Shown here: positions 1 to 9,974 of the stretch, in pieces
Layout: every line of letters starts with the position of its first letter
How positions within the stretch are numbered: the stretch's first letter is position 1
NCBI RefSeq assembly: GCF_007279655.1
Contig: NZ_QKWN01000006.1
Coordinates: 138,033 to 202,032 of the forward strand
DNA length: 64,000 nucleotides
Direction of reading: 5' to 3'
Origin: Robertkochia solimangrovi
Lineage (GTDB): Bacteria; Bacteroidota; Bacteroidia; Flavobacteriales; Flavobacteriaceae
Notes under the pieces: generated by a model
Databases searched by the model: none
The model's input: the letters and a program-made list of their open reading frames with translations, nothing else
What the model was told of the DNA's origin: nothing
Translations under genes and position numbers: made by a program

Positions 1-203
1 AGAGAAGTATTGGCGGTTGTTGCAAATTCCTCTCGAACCATCGCATACGAAGCATTTAATGCCATTTGAAAACCGTCATAGGTTGAATACAATTGATCTG
101 CATAAATATCATCTCGAGGTTCTTCAGTGAGAAAATCCTCTTCGTCACATGACGAACATATACCAAAAAGTATAAGTATCGTAAAATATTTCAATAATTT
201 CAT
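1..203 (-). CDS. SusD/RagB-family outer-membrane lipoprotein (N-terminal part; gene continues beyond window start)
   Basis: Reverse-complement of 1-203 translates in frame to MKLLKYFTILILFGICSSCDEEDFLTEEPRDDIYADQLYSTYDGFQMALNASYAMVREEF... A lipobox (LFGICSSC) is present. The gene lies immediately downstream of a SusC-like gene on the same strand, the canonical SusC-SusD order. Confidence 0.7.
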   Translation of the reverse strand, partial: MKLLKYFTILILFGICSSCDEEDFLTEEPRDDIYADQLYSTYDGFQMALNASYAMVREEFATTANTS

Positions 204-242
204 CTTAGTGTTTTTAATTATTATTTCTATTACAGCACTTGG

Positions 243-3185
243 TTATAAACTGACCTTCAGCCCCATTAAATAACTCTTTGGCATTGGATTTCCCTGATTC
301 GATACATGTTCAGGATCTACACCGATCCAATCGGTCCAGGTATGAACATTCCTTAAATTTATATATACCTGAAGGTTGTCCAACCCTATTTTTTCCAGAA
401 GAGCTTTATCGAAATCATAGCTCAGGGTTATATCCTGCAACCTGACGAAAGTTGCGCTGTCAAAATAATCGGTGTCATATTTATTGGACCCGGGAGTGTT
501 TTTAGGATAGATTGTATTTGTGTTATCTTCTCTCCAATAATCCACGACATCATAGACGTTCTCCAATTGTGGAATGAAATTATTCAGAATCGGATTTCTT
601 CGGTCTATCCCAACGATACTATTCAGGAAGAAACTAAAACTGAAATTCTTATAGGTCATTATATTCGTAAGACCTGCGGTAAAGGAAGGTACTGCACTCC
701 CGATTATTGTCTGATCACTGGTATCCACATCACCATCTCCGTCAACATCCCGATATCGCATATCACCAGGCCGATATCCTTCTTTCATAGTGTCAGGGAT
801 GGTTGGATCCTCAAAATCTTCTACCTGCCAGACCCCATCGATCATATAGTCGTAATTTACATTTATCGGCTGGCCGATAAACCATCGGCTGGCCACATCA
901 TCAATATAATTACCGTTATCATCCGTCAATCCTACATTTACGATTTCCGTGCGGTATTTTGAAAAAACGAAATTTGTTCTCCATTGAAAATCATTTTTAT
1001 CAACATTAATCGTATTCAGGGTTATCTCAAGACCGTTGTTACGGGTTTCTCCAACATTTTCTGTGATTTGATCAGTACCATTCAATGCGGGAATCGTTCT
1101 ATTGAGCAGGAGGTCTGTAGTTTTAGAAAAATAAACGTCAATATTTGCCGAAATTCGATTCTTCCATAAGGAAAAATCAGTCCCGACATTAAACGAACGA
1201 GTTGTCTCCCAGCTCAATGCAGGATTACCCAGTTTTTCGGGATAATAGCCTACTGCTGTCTGATGTTCCTCATCAAGATTTGCTTTGGGGTATAAGGGAG
1301 CCAGTGAACTGTATGGAGCGATTGCTTCATTTCCATTTTCCCCATAGGAAAGCCTTAATTTAAGCTGGGATATAAAATCAAGACTCCTGGAATTCTCCAT
1401 AAAGCTTTCGTTGGAAAGGTTCCAGCCTACTGCAAAAGATGGAAAAACCCCGAATTTATTATTTTGTCCAAAACCTGAATAACCGTCTCTTCGTATCGTA
1501 AACGTGAGTAAATAACGGTCATCATACGTATAGTTACTTCTGAACATTTGGGAAATATAGTTACGCTGTGAATAATCAGAATTTCCTGATAGAGCATTCG
1601 CGTTTGATTGTTGATAATACCCAAGTAGATCGTTTGGGAAGCCTCGGCCGGTGATCGTATTAAACTGATATGAATTTTCCTGAACACTGTAGAGTCCTGT
1701 CAGAAAGAGCTTATGCTTACCAAATGTCCGGTTATAGCTCATTATATTCTCTACCACCCAGTCTTTATCGTACTGATAAGAATTGTAAAGCTCACCATTC
1801 ACTCTATTACCTGTTCTGGTGTCCATACCATAATACCGTTCATATTGTCGATGACTATAGTTATAGCCAACATTTAATCGATACGACAGTCCTTCGATGA
1901 ATGGGATTTTAATATCAAAAAAATTGTTTGTGATGATCCGCCAGGTATCATTATTATTCTTTGCATTGGTATCAGCCATAGGATTAGCTGCCCAAAAAGC
2001 ATCTTCCCAGGAATCCAGCGTGTATGAACCATCTTCATTATAAGCATCACCCAGCGGATTAGAATTAAAGGCTTTATCTACATCGGCAGCAATACCGTCG
2101 CGATCGTAGAACCCGATCTGGGTAGTGGTTCCGAATGTGATCCAATCGGTAATCTTTGTTTCGACATTGGTCCTCAGACTTATTCTTTTAAAACTATCTC
2201 CAACAACAATTCCTTTATTATCGTTTATACCGGCAGATATATAATAACTCGATCTTTCGGAAGCACCACGTATCGAAAAATTGTGCTGTACAGAAGATCC
2301 TGTCCGCGTTGCGATATCCATCCAGTCTGTGGTATGTCCGTTGTCATAATTCTTCTGTTCGATATTGGTGAGTGGTTCTCCATATTCCACTTTTGCATCG
2401 CCAAAACGCTGACCATCCATCATTTTAGGATAGTACCCAACGGCATCCAACCGGTAAAAGGTATCATACGTAATCACAGGCTTACCTGTTTTTCCTTTTT
2501 TGGTGGTAATTAAAATAACACCATTGGCTCCTCTCGATCCATAAATTGCCGTAGAGGAAGCATCTTTCAACACATCCATCGATTGAATATCAACCGGGTT
2601 AATTTCCGAGAGATTTCCGTAATAAGGAATTCCATCGAGAATAATAAGCGGAGAATTAGAGGCTGAAATAGAATTTTGTCCCCTGATCTGAATTGTGGTA
2701 CCAGAGCCTTCCGCATCACTTGAGTTTGCGCGAATATTCAACCCAGATATCTGACCTTGTAAAGCATCGGCAGCATTCGTTTTAGGGAAACGCTCCAGTT
2801 GTTCTGCATTTATGGAAGAAACTGCTCCGGTCAGATCACTTTTTTTCATCTGACCATAACCCACGACAACTACCTCATCTAGTAATTCCTGATTCTCTTC
2901 CAAGCTGATGTTAATGGTACTTTGGTTTCCCACGGTTACTTCCTGAGATTCAAATCCGATATAACTAAAAATCAGCACTGCATTTTCAGAGGAAACGATC
3001 AGGGAGTAATTCCCATCAAAATCGGAGGTGGTGCCATTGCCAGTTCCAGCTTCCATTATGGTAACACCTGGTAGCGGAACCTTGGAAGCATCAGATATTT
3101 TACCCGTAACGTTTATTTGAGCAAACATTACCTGAGTAATAAAAAATGTAATCACAAGAATTACTTTCTTTAAGTCAGCTTTCAT
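243..3185 (-). CDS. SusC/RagA-type TonB-dependent outer membrane receptor
   Basis: 980 aa. N-terminal signal peptide followed by a carboxypeptidase-regulatory-like domain (INVTGKISDASKVPLPGVTIMEAGTGNGTTSDFDGNYSL), a plug domain and a large beta-barrel. A SusD-like gene follows downstream. Confidence 0.85.
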   Translation of the reverse strand: MKADLKKVILVITFFITQVMFAQINVTGKISDASKVPLPGVTIMEAGTGNGTTSDFDGNYSLIVSSENAVLIFSYIGFESQEVTVGNQSTINISLEENQELLDEVVVVGYGQMKKSDLTGAVSSINAEQLERFPKTNAADALQGQISGLNIRANSSDAEGSGTTIQIRGQNSISASNSPLIILDGIPYYGNLSEINPVDIQSMDVLKDASSTAIYGSRGANGVILITTKKGKTGKPVITYDTFYRLDAVGYYPKMMDGQRFGDAKVEYGEPLTNIEQKNYDNGHTTDWMDIATRTGSSVQHNFSIRGASERSSYYISAGINDNKGIVVGDSFKRISLRTNVETKITDWITFGTTTQIGFYDRDGIAADVDKAFNSNPLGDAYNEDGSYTLDSWEDAFWAANPMADTNAKNNNDTWRIITNNFFDIKIPFIEGLSYRLNVGYNYSHRQYERYYGMDTRTGNRVNGELYNSYQYDKDWVVENIMSYNRTFGKHKLFLTGLYSVQENSYQFNTITGRGFPNDLLGYYQQSNANALSGNSDYSQRNYISQMFRSNYTYDDRYLLTFTIRRDGYSGFGQNNKFGVFPSFAVGWNLSNESFMENSRSLDFISQLKLRLSYGENGNEAIAPYSSLAPLYPKANLDEEHQTAVGYYPEKLGNPALSWETTRSFNVGTDFSLWKNRISANIDVYFSKTTDLLLNRTIPALNGTDQITENVGETRNNGLEITLNTINVDKNDFQWRTNFVFSKYRTEIVNVGLTDDNGNYIDDVASRWFIGQPINVNYDYMIDGVWQVEDFEDPTIPDTMKEGYRPGDMRYRDVDGDGDVDTSDQTIIGSAVPSFTAGLTNIMTYKNFSFSFFLNSIVGIDRRNPILNNFIPQLENVYDVVDYWREDNTNTIYPKNTPGSNKYDTDYFDSATFVRLQDITLSYDFDKALLEKIGLDNLQVYINLRNVHTWTDWIGVDPEHVSNQGNPMPKSYLMGLKVSL

Positions 3186-3339
3186 TCTAAGTAGTTTTTA
3201 AAGTTGTTTTTATACATTTACAAACCAAAAAGATAAATCATCAATTTTTTGCCGTAAATTTTGACAATTATATAATTTATAATCATAATTGTTATCATTT
3301 TAATTATTTTTATCAATTTTTACCAATTTTTAGTAAACC

Positions 3340-4485
3340 ATGAATGACCAGACCAACCTTCACCAGGCCTTCATATCGAAACTTGAAAAACACTACGGTA
3401 CGTTTAGCCCGGAAAACAACCGATTTCAGTCTACCAGTAATTCAAAAATTGCCAGAGATCTGTTTTACAGCGATTCTCAATTCTCCAGACTGATTAACAA
3501 TACGGCATCCGAAGGTGAATTACAGAGGGCGGTATCTAATGTGGAACGATTATTAAGGGTCAACGAACTTCAGCGTAAAATTGATCGGTTAGACGGTACG
3601 AAATCGATATATCAAACTTCTAAATGGAAATATGCTACTTTGATAACCCTGGTCATAATCATTATTTCATCTTCTGCCTTCTTTCTTCTACGGGGAAATA
3701 ATAGTATCGACCAGATGCATCCGGCTAACCCCTCCAGATATGAAATGTTAAGATGGAGTTTTGAAAATAATTACATCAGACCCTATATCACTTTGAAAGA
3801 ATTGCCAGATGATTGTAATTATCCCTGCTATAAATATCAGGGAAAATGGGAACTCGAAAAAGAATATAAAATTCCGTTTTTCCGTGAAAGAAATGGATTT
3901 CACTATGTAGCCAAACAGGCAACGATGTATGCCACCAGTACTGATAAAAGCGGATTACAGGGTAACATTTTTGAAGGGTATGAGTATCAGAAGCATGAGA
4001 TTTGGTATGACAAAAGAGAATATCCCATTGATTCCTTTTTAGTAAAAGGTTCTAAATCTAAAGTAAGGCCGGAATATAACGAGTCAGCATTGGAACTGAA
4101 TCCGAATTTTGTGAAATTGGCCTATGTACATACCTTTTTCAAAACCGAATTTACGATCGACTCCACAAGGATAAAACGAACTGGAAAAACCATCGGACGT
4201 GATATCGAATTCCTTGCAGAATCGGAAATTATTCCAAAATTGGATGCGAAAGACCTTCTTAAGGAACTTAAAGGTGAAATAAATGCCATTGCAAGAAACC
4301 GGCTTGAAGATTTCTCAAAGCCGGTTATGTGTAATCCATCAGTAGCACCTAAGGAAGATTTTCATCTGGTGGAAGAAGGAGATATGCTGAGTTTTGACTG
4401 TCAGTTCAGAACGGGAAGATTTCTGGTTGATTATACAAAGAATTATGTTCTAAAGGATCAGTACATAAATAACTATTGCCGGTAA
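3340..4485 (+). CDS. hypothetical single-pass membrane protein (N-terminal cytoplasmic coiled-coil region, one TM helix, ~260-aa extracytoplasmic domain)
   Basis: 381-aa ORF with a hydrophobic segment ATLITLVIIIISSSAFFLL. No recognisable catalytic motif. AT-rich promoter-like region upstream. Confidence 0.5.
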   Translation: MNDQTNLHQAFISKLEKHYGTFSPENNRFQSTSNSKIARDLFYSDSQFSRLINNTASEGELQRAVSNVERLLRVNELQRKIDRLDGTKSIYQTSKWKYATLITLVIIIISSSAFFLLRGNNSIDQMHPANPSRYEMLRWSFENNYIRPYITLKELPDDCNYPCYKYQGKWELEKEYKIPFFRERNGFHYVAKQATMYATSTDKSGLQGNIFEGYEYQKHEIWYDKREYPIDSFLVKGSKSKVRPEYNESALELNPNFVKLAYVHTFFKTEFTIDSTRIKRTGKTIGRDIEFLAESEIIPKLDAKDLLKELKGEINAIARNRLEDFSKPVMCNPSVAPKEDFHLVEEGDMLSFDCQFRTGRFLVDYTKNYVLKDQYINNYCR

Positions 4486-4486
4486 A

Positions 4487-6088
4487 TTAAAGTTCCGGTC
4501 CGGCTTGGTAAATCGCCTCATCGACGACACCTTTAAACTTTCTGAAGTTCTTATGAAATTCCTGTGCCAAATTCCGTGCTACCCGGTAGTATTCCTCTAT
4601 ATTATTCCAACTGTGGCACGGATTCATAATATTTTCAGGTATATCATTGCATGAAAGTGGCATCGACAATTTAAAAACCGGATGTATTCTGTAATTCTCT
4701 TCTGTTAATTCATCCATGTCACCATCGAGTACCGCATTGATCATCGCCCGGGTGTATTTTAAAGGAATCCGTTTGCCGACACCATACACTCCACCCGTCC
4801 AGCCAGTATTAACAAGCCATACCTTTACCTGGTTTTGACATAATTTATCTTGTAACATCGCCGCATACTTTACCGGATTCAACGGTAAAAAAGGCGCTCC
4901 GAAACAGGCTGAAAAGGAAGGTTGAGGCTCCGTAATACCGCATTCAGTACCAGCAACTTTGGCGGTATAGCCAGAAATAAAGTAATAAGCAGCCTGATTC
5001 AAGTTCAATCTGGACAGTGGAGGCAATACCCCGAATGCATCTGCTGTTAGAAAAAATACATTTTTCGGATTTCCACCTATCGATGGAAATTGCACTTTCT
5101 TCAAAAAATTAATCGGATAACTTACTCGTGTATTTTGTGTAATGGAAGTATCCTTATAATCAATCTCATCTTTAACATCTGTCATCACATTCTCCAATAA
5201 GGCTCCCTTTCTAACTGCATTGAATATTTCAGGTTCATTTTCAGCCGAAAGATTGATCACCTTTGCGTAACATCCTCCCTCAAAATTGAATACGCCAGCA
5301 TCCGACCAACCATGCTCATCATCTCCTATAATTTTACGATTCGCCACTGAAGAAAGTGTTGTCTTACCAGTACCTGATAATCCGAAGAATAGTGCGGTAT
5401 CCCCAAATTCACCAATATTTGCCGAGCAATGCATGGGTAAGACCTGGTGGTTCAGTGGTAGCAAAAGATTCAGAACCGAGAATATGGCCTTTTTAATCTC
5501 ACCGGTATAACCGGTACCTCCTATTACTATTATCTTTTCCTTTATATTAATAATAGTGAAGTTCGCCGCCCTTATATTGTGAACGTTCGGATCTGCTTTA
5601 AATCCCGGGGCATTAATAACCGTCCAATCAGGCATGAATGCTTCCAATTCTTCAAATTTTGGCCTTAAAAACATATTATAAACAAATAGATTTGACCAGG
5701 GTAATTCATTAATTACCCGGATAGGCATGCGAAACCGATCGTCAGCACAAGCATAACAATCCCTAACATATAAAGTTCCCTTCAGGTAAGCGGTAACGTC
5801 TTTATATAATAGAGAAAATTCATCGCTGCTAACAGAAATATTAATCGCTCCCCAGTTGACCTTATCCCGTGTAAAATCATCTAAAACGATATACCGATCC
5901 TTTGGCGATCTACCTGTGAATTCACCGGTATTTATCATGAGAACCCCTTCCCGCGATTCTTTTCCCATTCCGGATTTTGTAACCATTTTCTGAAGTTGCT
6001 CCGGTGGCAATTGATAGTGAATTTTATCCGCATCTATACCTATTTTATCCTTCAGGAATGATGATATTGGATTCATCTCTTTTAGCAT
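4487..6088 (-). CDS. pckA: phosphoenolpyruvate carboxykinase (ATP)
   Basis: 533 aa. Kinase-1a/P-loop signature FFGLSGTGKTTLS and overall PEPCK-ATP family layout. Confidence 0.9.
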   Translation of the reverse strand: MLKEMNPISSFLKDKIGIDADKIHYQLPPEQLQKMVTKSGMGKESREGVLMINTGEFTGRSPKDRYIVLDDFTRDKVNWGAINISVSSDEFSLLYKDVTAYLKGTLYVRDCYACADDRFRMPIRVINELPWSNLFVYNMFLRPKFEELEAFMPDWTVINAPGFKADPNVHNIRAANFTIINIKEKIIVIGGTGYTGEIKKAIFSVLNLLLPLNHQVLPMHCSANIGEFGDTALFFGLSGTGKTTLSSVANRKIIGDDEHGWSDAGVFNFEGGCYAKVINLSAENEPEIFNAVRKGALLENVMTDVKDEIDYKDTSITQNTRVSYPINFLKKVQFPSIGGNPKNVFFLTADAFGVLPPLSRLNLNQAAYYFISGYTAKVAGTECGITEPQPSFSACFGAPFLPLNPVKYAAMLQDKLCQNQVKVWLVNTGWTGGVYGVGKRIPLKYTRAMINAVLDGDMDELTEENYRIHPVFKLSMPLSCNDIPENIMNPCHSWNNIEEYYRVARNLAQEFHKNFRKFKGVVDEAIYQAGPEL

Positions 6089-6476
6089 ATGCTAGTAGTT
6101 TAGTAGTTTATCAAAAACAATTTTAGCTACTAAAATTCTAATAAATAGCGGTTTACTGATTTTTATTGGCTTTTATTGATCTTTATTGAATTACTATGAA
6201 AATCAATAACATCATCATTGGAAAAGAACGAAGCTTCCGTCTGATTAAGGGTTATGGATGATATAAGAAGTATATTCACATATAGAAAGGAAGTCAGAAA
6301 AAAATTAAAATGTGCATCAGGAATACTATAAAATGGTTTTATACATTTGTTAAAGATCAGATCAAAAGCATACTAATTCAACGTTCACTGTTTGTGAAAC
6401 TACGGTTGCATTCAGCAAAAAGTACTGAATCACGGGTATTGTCGCAGCACAGTGATATCGACCACCTAACAATACT

Positions 6477-8603
6477 ATGAAACAAAAAACACCTTGGGGT
6501 CTTGCCCTTAACACCGCTGTTATTGCCTTCGCAGGATTACTGCAGAGCCAATACGCTAATGCGCAGGAAATGACGGGCTATTCGCCTTCAGCTATAGCCG
6601 CTCAGGAAAATCTGGAAACCACATTTTTGAATACCGTTGATTTCCCACAATACCGCGAACATCTCAGCCAGCTTACCAAACAACCGCATATTGCAGGGAC
6701 CCCTGCCAATGAAAAGGTTGCAGATTACATTGCTCAGATTATGGGGAATGCGGGGATGGATGTGAAGCGTTATCCCTATGACATCTATATGGCACCGGAA
6801 GCCGGAACTTCGCTGGTGGAGCTGGTCACCCCGATCAGGTTACCGCTCAATCAGCAGGAAAATATTCTCCCTGAAGATCCGTTTTCCGAGGATCCGACCC
6901 TGCTGAAGGGATGGAACGCCTATTCCGGAAGCGGTGATGTAACTGCGGAGGTTGTATATGCCAATTACGGTACCAAAGAAGACTTTGAGAAATTGGCAGA
7001 AATGGGCATCGATGTTAAAGGTAAGATCGTACTGGCACGTTATGGAGGGAACTTCCGGGGGTACAAAGCCAAATTCGCTGAAAAATATGGAGCCTCAGGA
7101 CTGATCATTTTTACCGATCCCGGAGATAGTGGTTATATGAAAGGACTCACCTATCCGGAAGGAGTGTATTATAATGAGAGTGCTATTCAACGTGGGTCTC
7201 TTCTCACGGTAGATTATACCGGAGATCCCCTTACCCCGTTTGAACCCGCACTTCCTCTTGATGGAAAGAAAAAGGTGAAACGCCTCGATCCCGCTAAAAC
7301 CGACTTACACACCATACCGGTACTACCGTTACCCTATGGTTCGGCAAGAGAGATCATCAGCCGAATGAACGGACAGGTGGTTCCAAAAGGCTGGCAAGGA
7401 GGCTTGCCCTACACCTATCGTCTGGATGGGGGGAGTGAACTAAAGATCCGTTTAAAAGTGGACCAGAAAAAGGATTTTGTAAGGGTGAACAATATTGTGG
7501 GTACCTTTAAAGGGAGTACCTATCCTGATGAATGGATCATTTTGGGATGTCACTATGACGCATGGGCATTTGGTGCTACCGATCCGAACAGCGGGACAGC
7601 TATGCTGCTTTCTCTGAGTGAAGCCCTGGGAGAATTGGAAAAGAAAGGATTTTCTCCGAAAAGATCCATCCTGATAGCCCATTGGGATGCTGAGGAACAC
7701 GGGGTTATCGGTTCTTCAGAATGGGTTGAACAGATGAAGGATGAATTAGGAGCCAAGGCCGTTGCCTATATGAATTTTGACGGAGGGGTTTCCGGCAAGA
7801 ACTTTGGGGGCTCTTCCTCTCCCAGCTTAAAGAATATCATGACCGAAATGGCTAAAAAAGTGGATTATCCCTATACCGACAAATCGCTTTTTGATCAATG
7901 GAAAGGCGATAAAGAACAACCGAATATCGGGAATCTGGGCGGAGGTTCAGACCATATCGGTTTCTATATGCATGTGGGGGTGCCATCGCTGAGCGGTGGT
8001 TCGGGTGGTCCTACCCTCTATCATACCAATTACGACGATTTTCATTTTTATGAAACCTATGTAGATCCCGAATTTAAAATGGGCGGAACGATTGAACAAT
8101 GGGCAGGATTAATGGCCCTGCGCATGGCAAATGCTGATGTGATACCGTATGATGTAAAGCGCTATGCGACTGATCTGAAAGACCATTTCGACAATGCCTT
8201 GAAAAAGGTAAAAACCATTCAAAGTGATTTCAACGGATTTACCAAAGTGGATGCAGCTATGGAAGTTCTGGAAAAGAATGCTTCATTGCTGGAGGACAAA
8301 CTTTCTGCAAGTATCCGAAATGGTTCCTTATCTAAAAAAGAAATAAAAAGCATCAATAAACAACTTATTGCCCTTGAAAAGAGTTTTATCGACGAGAAGG
8401 GAATGTATTACGGTTCCTGGTACAGATCGTTATATGCTTCGACGGATCCTTTCAGTGGTTATGCTTCCTGGATTCTTCCCGGTATTGAATACGAAGTATC
8501 GCTCGGTTCCACCGATCGCATGGAAGAATGGGATCAGCGTTATGCAGCTGCCATAGAATCCCTTGCCGGTAAAATACTCGCTTTGGCACAAAGTCTGTCC
8601 TGA
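6477..8603 (+). CDS. M28-family peptidase with PA domain and transferrin-receptor-like dimerisation domain (glutamate carboxypeptidase II-like)
   Basis: 708 aa. Signal peptide, PA-domain region, M28 zinc-site context (HWDAEEHGVIGSSEW, MNFDGG) and a C-terminal TFR-like dimerisation region. Confidence 0.8.
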   Translation: MKQKTPWGLALNTAVIAFAGLLQSQYANAQEMTGYSPSAIAAQENLETTFLNTVDFPQYREHLSQLTKQPHIAGTPANEKVADYIAQIMGNAGMDVKRYPYDIYMAPEAGTSLVELVTPIRLPLNQQENILPEDPFSEDPTLLKGWNAYSGSGDVTAEVVYANYGTKEDFEKLAEMGIDVKGKIVLARYGGNFRGYKAKFAEKYGASGLIIFTDPGDSGYMKGLTYPEGVYYNESAIQRGSLLTVDYTGDPLTPFEPALPLDGKKKVKRLDPAKTDLHTIPVLPLPYGSAREIISRMNGQVVPKGWQGGLPYTYRLDGGSELKIRLKVDQKKDFVRVNNIVGTFKGSTYPDEWIILGCHYDAWAFGATDPNSGTAMLLSLSEALGELEKKGFSPKRSILIAHWDAEEHGVIGSSEWVEQMKDELGAKAVAYMNFDGGVSGKNFGGSSSPSLKNIMTEMAKKVDYPYTDKSLFDQWKGDKEQPNIGNLGGGSDHIGFYMHVGVPSLSGGSGGPTLYHTNYDDFHFYETYVDPEFKMGGTIEQWAGLMALRMANADVIPYDVKRYATDLKDHFDNALKKVKTIQSDFNGFTKVDAAMEVLEKNASLLEDKLSASIRNGSLSKKEIKSINKQLIALEKSFIDEKGMYYGSWYRSLYASTDPFSGYASWILPGIEYEVSLGSTDRMEEWDQRYAAAIESLAGKILALAQSLS

Positions 8604-8629
8604 TATTAAATTCAATATTGAAGGCATTA

Positions 8630-8668
8630 AAAAAGCACCGGGTATCTTAGTGGCCGGTGCTTTTTTGC
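8630..8668 (+). terminator. rho-independent terminator after M28 peptidase gene
   Basis: aaaaaGCACCGGtatcttagtggCCGGTGCtttttt. A 7-bp GC-rich stem followed by a T-tract. Confidence 0.6.
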
Positions 8669-8778
8669 ATTTAGGAGCTCCGAACAAAAAATCAGGTATA
8701 TTATGGAATTCCCTTCCCCCTGATTGAAAAGCAACCCACAAGAATTTAGTATTTTAACGGTCTTAAATTATCAAATCC

Positions 8779-9966
8779 ATGCCTGTCGGACTCATTGTTA
8801 CACTTAAAAAGATCCTGCTCGTACTCGCTGTTTTTAAGGGTATTAGTGCCTATTCCCAATTCGATAGCATTCCCTTTACGGTAAGTATTAATTTTGATCT
8901 GAAACAATCCGAAACCCTGGGGCTTTCGAAAATACAGTCCGCGGAAACAATTACGATTTTCAGACCCGAACCTGACGAAAACACCTATAATCATGGTGTT
9001 GTTCTTTTTCCTTTTAAAGATAAGCTCTATGCGCAATGGCAATGTTCCTCAAAAGATGAAGACGAACAGGATACTCATGTTGTTTATTCGGTAAGTGTTG
9101 ATGGAAAAAAATGGAGCATTCCCAAAGCGTTATCGCCTTCATATCCCAACAGGATCACAACCTCCGGTGGCTGGTGGAGTGACGGAACACAACTTGTCGC
9201 CTACCTCAATGTATGGCCCGATTCGATCAGTCCGAAAGGAGGATATACCGAATACATGATCTCTAAAGATGGAACATCATGGTCATCCCCTGAATCTGTG
9301 CTTGATCGTGAAGGGGACCCCATAGAAGGTATTATCGAACAAGACCTCCGGCTTTTGGAGGATGGAAGGATCCTAACTGCATTTCACCTACAGCCCGGAT
9401 TACATATCACCCCCTTTTATACGGATGATCCATCCGGAATAAGCGGTTGGACTCCCGGAGTGATGCCATTAAATCCTTCTGGAACTGCTATGAGCAGAGA
9501 AATCGAGCCATCCTGGTTCTTCCGGAAAGATACATCACTGGTCATGGTATTCAGAGACCAGAACAGCACCTTTAAAAAATTAGCTTCCATCAGTTTTGAT
9601 CAGGGTGCTCATTGGACGCTCCCGGTAATGGTGGACACGCCAGATTCCAGAGCCAAACAAAGTGCTGGAAATCTTCCGGACGGAATCGCCTTTATGGTAA
9701 ATAATCCTACCGGAAATAAGAATCGGTTTCCACTGGTGATCACCCTGAGTAAAGATGGATATCATTTCGATAAAGCCTTTCTGCTCCGGGATGGTAAAGA
9801 AGACCTTCAACCCATGAGACATGAAGGAAAATACAAACGACCAGGTTATAGTTATCCCAAATCTGTTATTTGGAATGATTTCCTCTATGTGGCCTACGCC
9901 ACGAATAAGGAAGATGTTGAAGTTACCCGTATCCCCCTTAAAGTTCTCTCACAGCTTTACCGCTAG
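8779..9966 (+). CDS. BNR/Asp-box repeat (sialidase-fold) secreted protein
   Basis: 395 aa. Signal peptide and several Asp-box motifs (SVDGKKWS, SKDGTSWS, SFDQGAHWT, SKDGYHF). Confidence 0.6.
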   Translation: MPVGLIVTLKKILLVLAVFKGISAYSQFDSIPFTVSINFDLKQSETLGLSKIQSAETITIFRPEPDENTYNHGVVLFPFKDKLYAQWQCSSKDEDEQDTHVVYSVSVDGKKWSIPKALSPSYPNRITTSGGWWSDGTQLVAYLNVWPDSISPKGGYTEYMISKDGTSWSSPESVLDREGDPIEGIIEQDLRLLEDGRILTAFHLQPGLHITPFYTDDPSGISGWTPGVMPLNPSGTAMSREIEPSWFFRKDTSLVMVFRDQNSTFKKLASISFDQGAHWTLPVMVDTPDSRAKQSAGNLPDGIAFMVNNPTGNKNRFPLVITLSKDGYHFDKAFLLRDGKEDLQPMRHEGKYKRPGYSYPKSVIWNDFLYVAYATNKEDVEVTRIPLKVLSQLYR

Positions 9967-9974
9967 TGAATCTC

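Noticed and set aside
567-2513. Antisense and overlapping ORFs inside the SusC gene (567-962, 984-1169, 1427-1687, 1670-1900, 2225-2416, 2283-2513)
   Set aside because: They are embedded in, or opposite to, a well-supported 980-aa TonB-dependent receptor gene and have low-complexity translations. Similar shadow ORFs elsewhere (for example 37052-38705, 46414-46924, 35748-36269) were likewise ignored.
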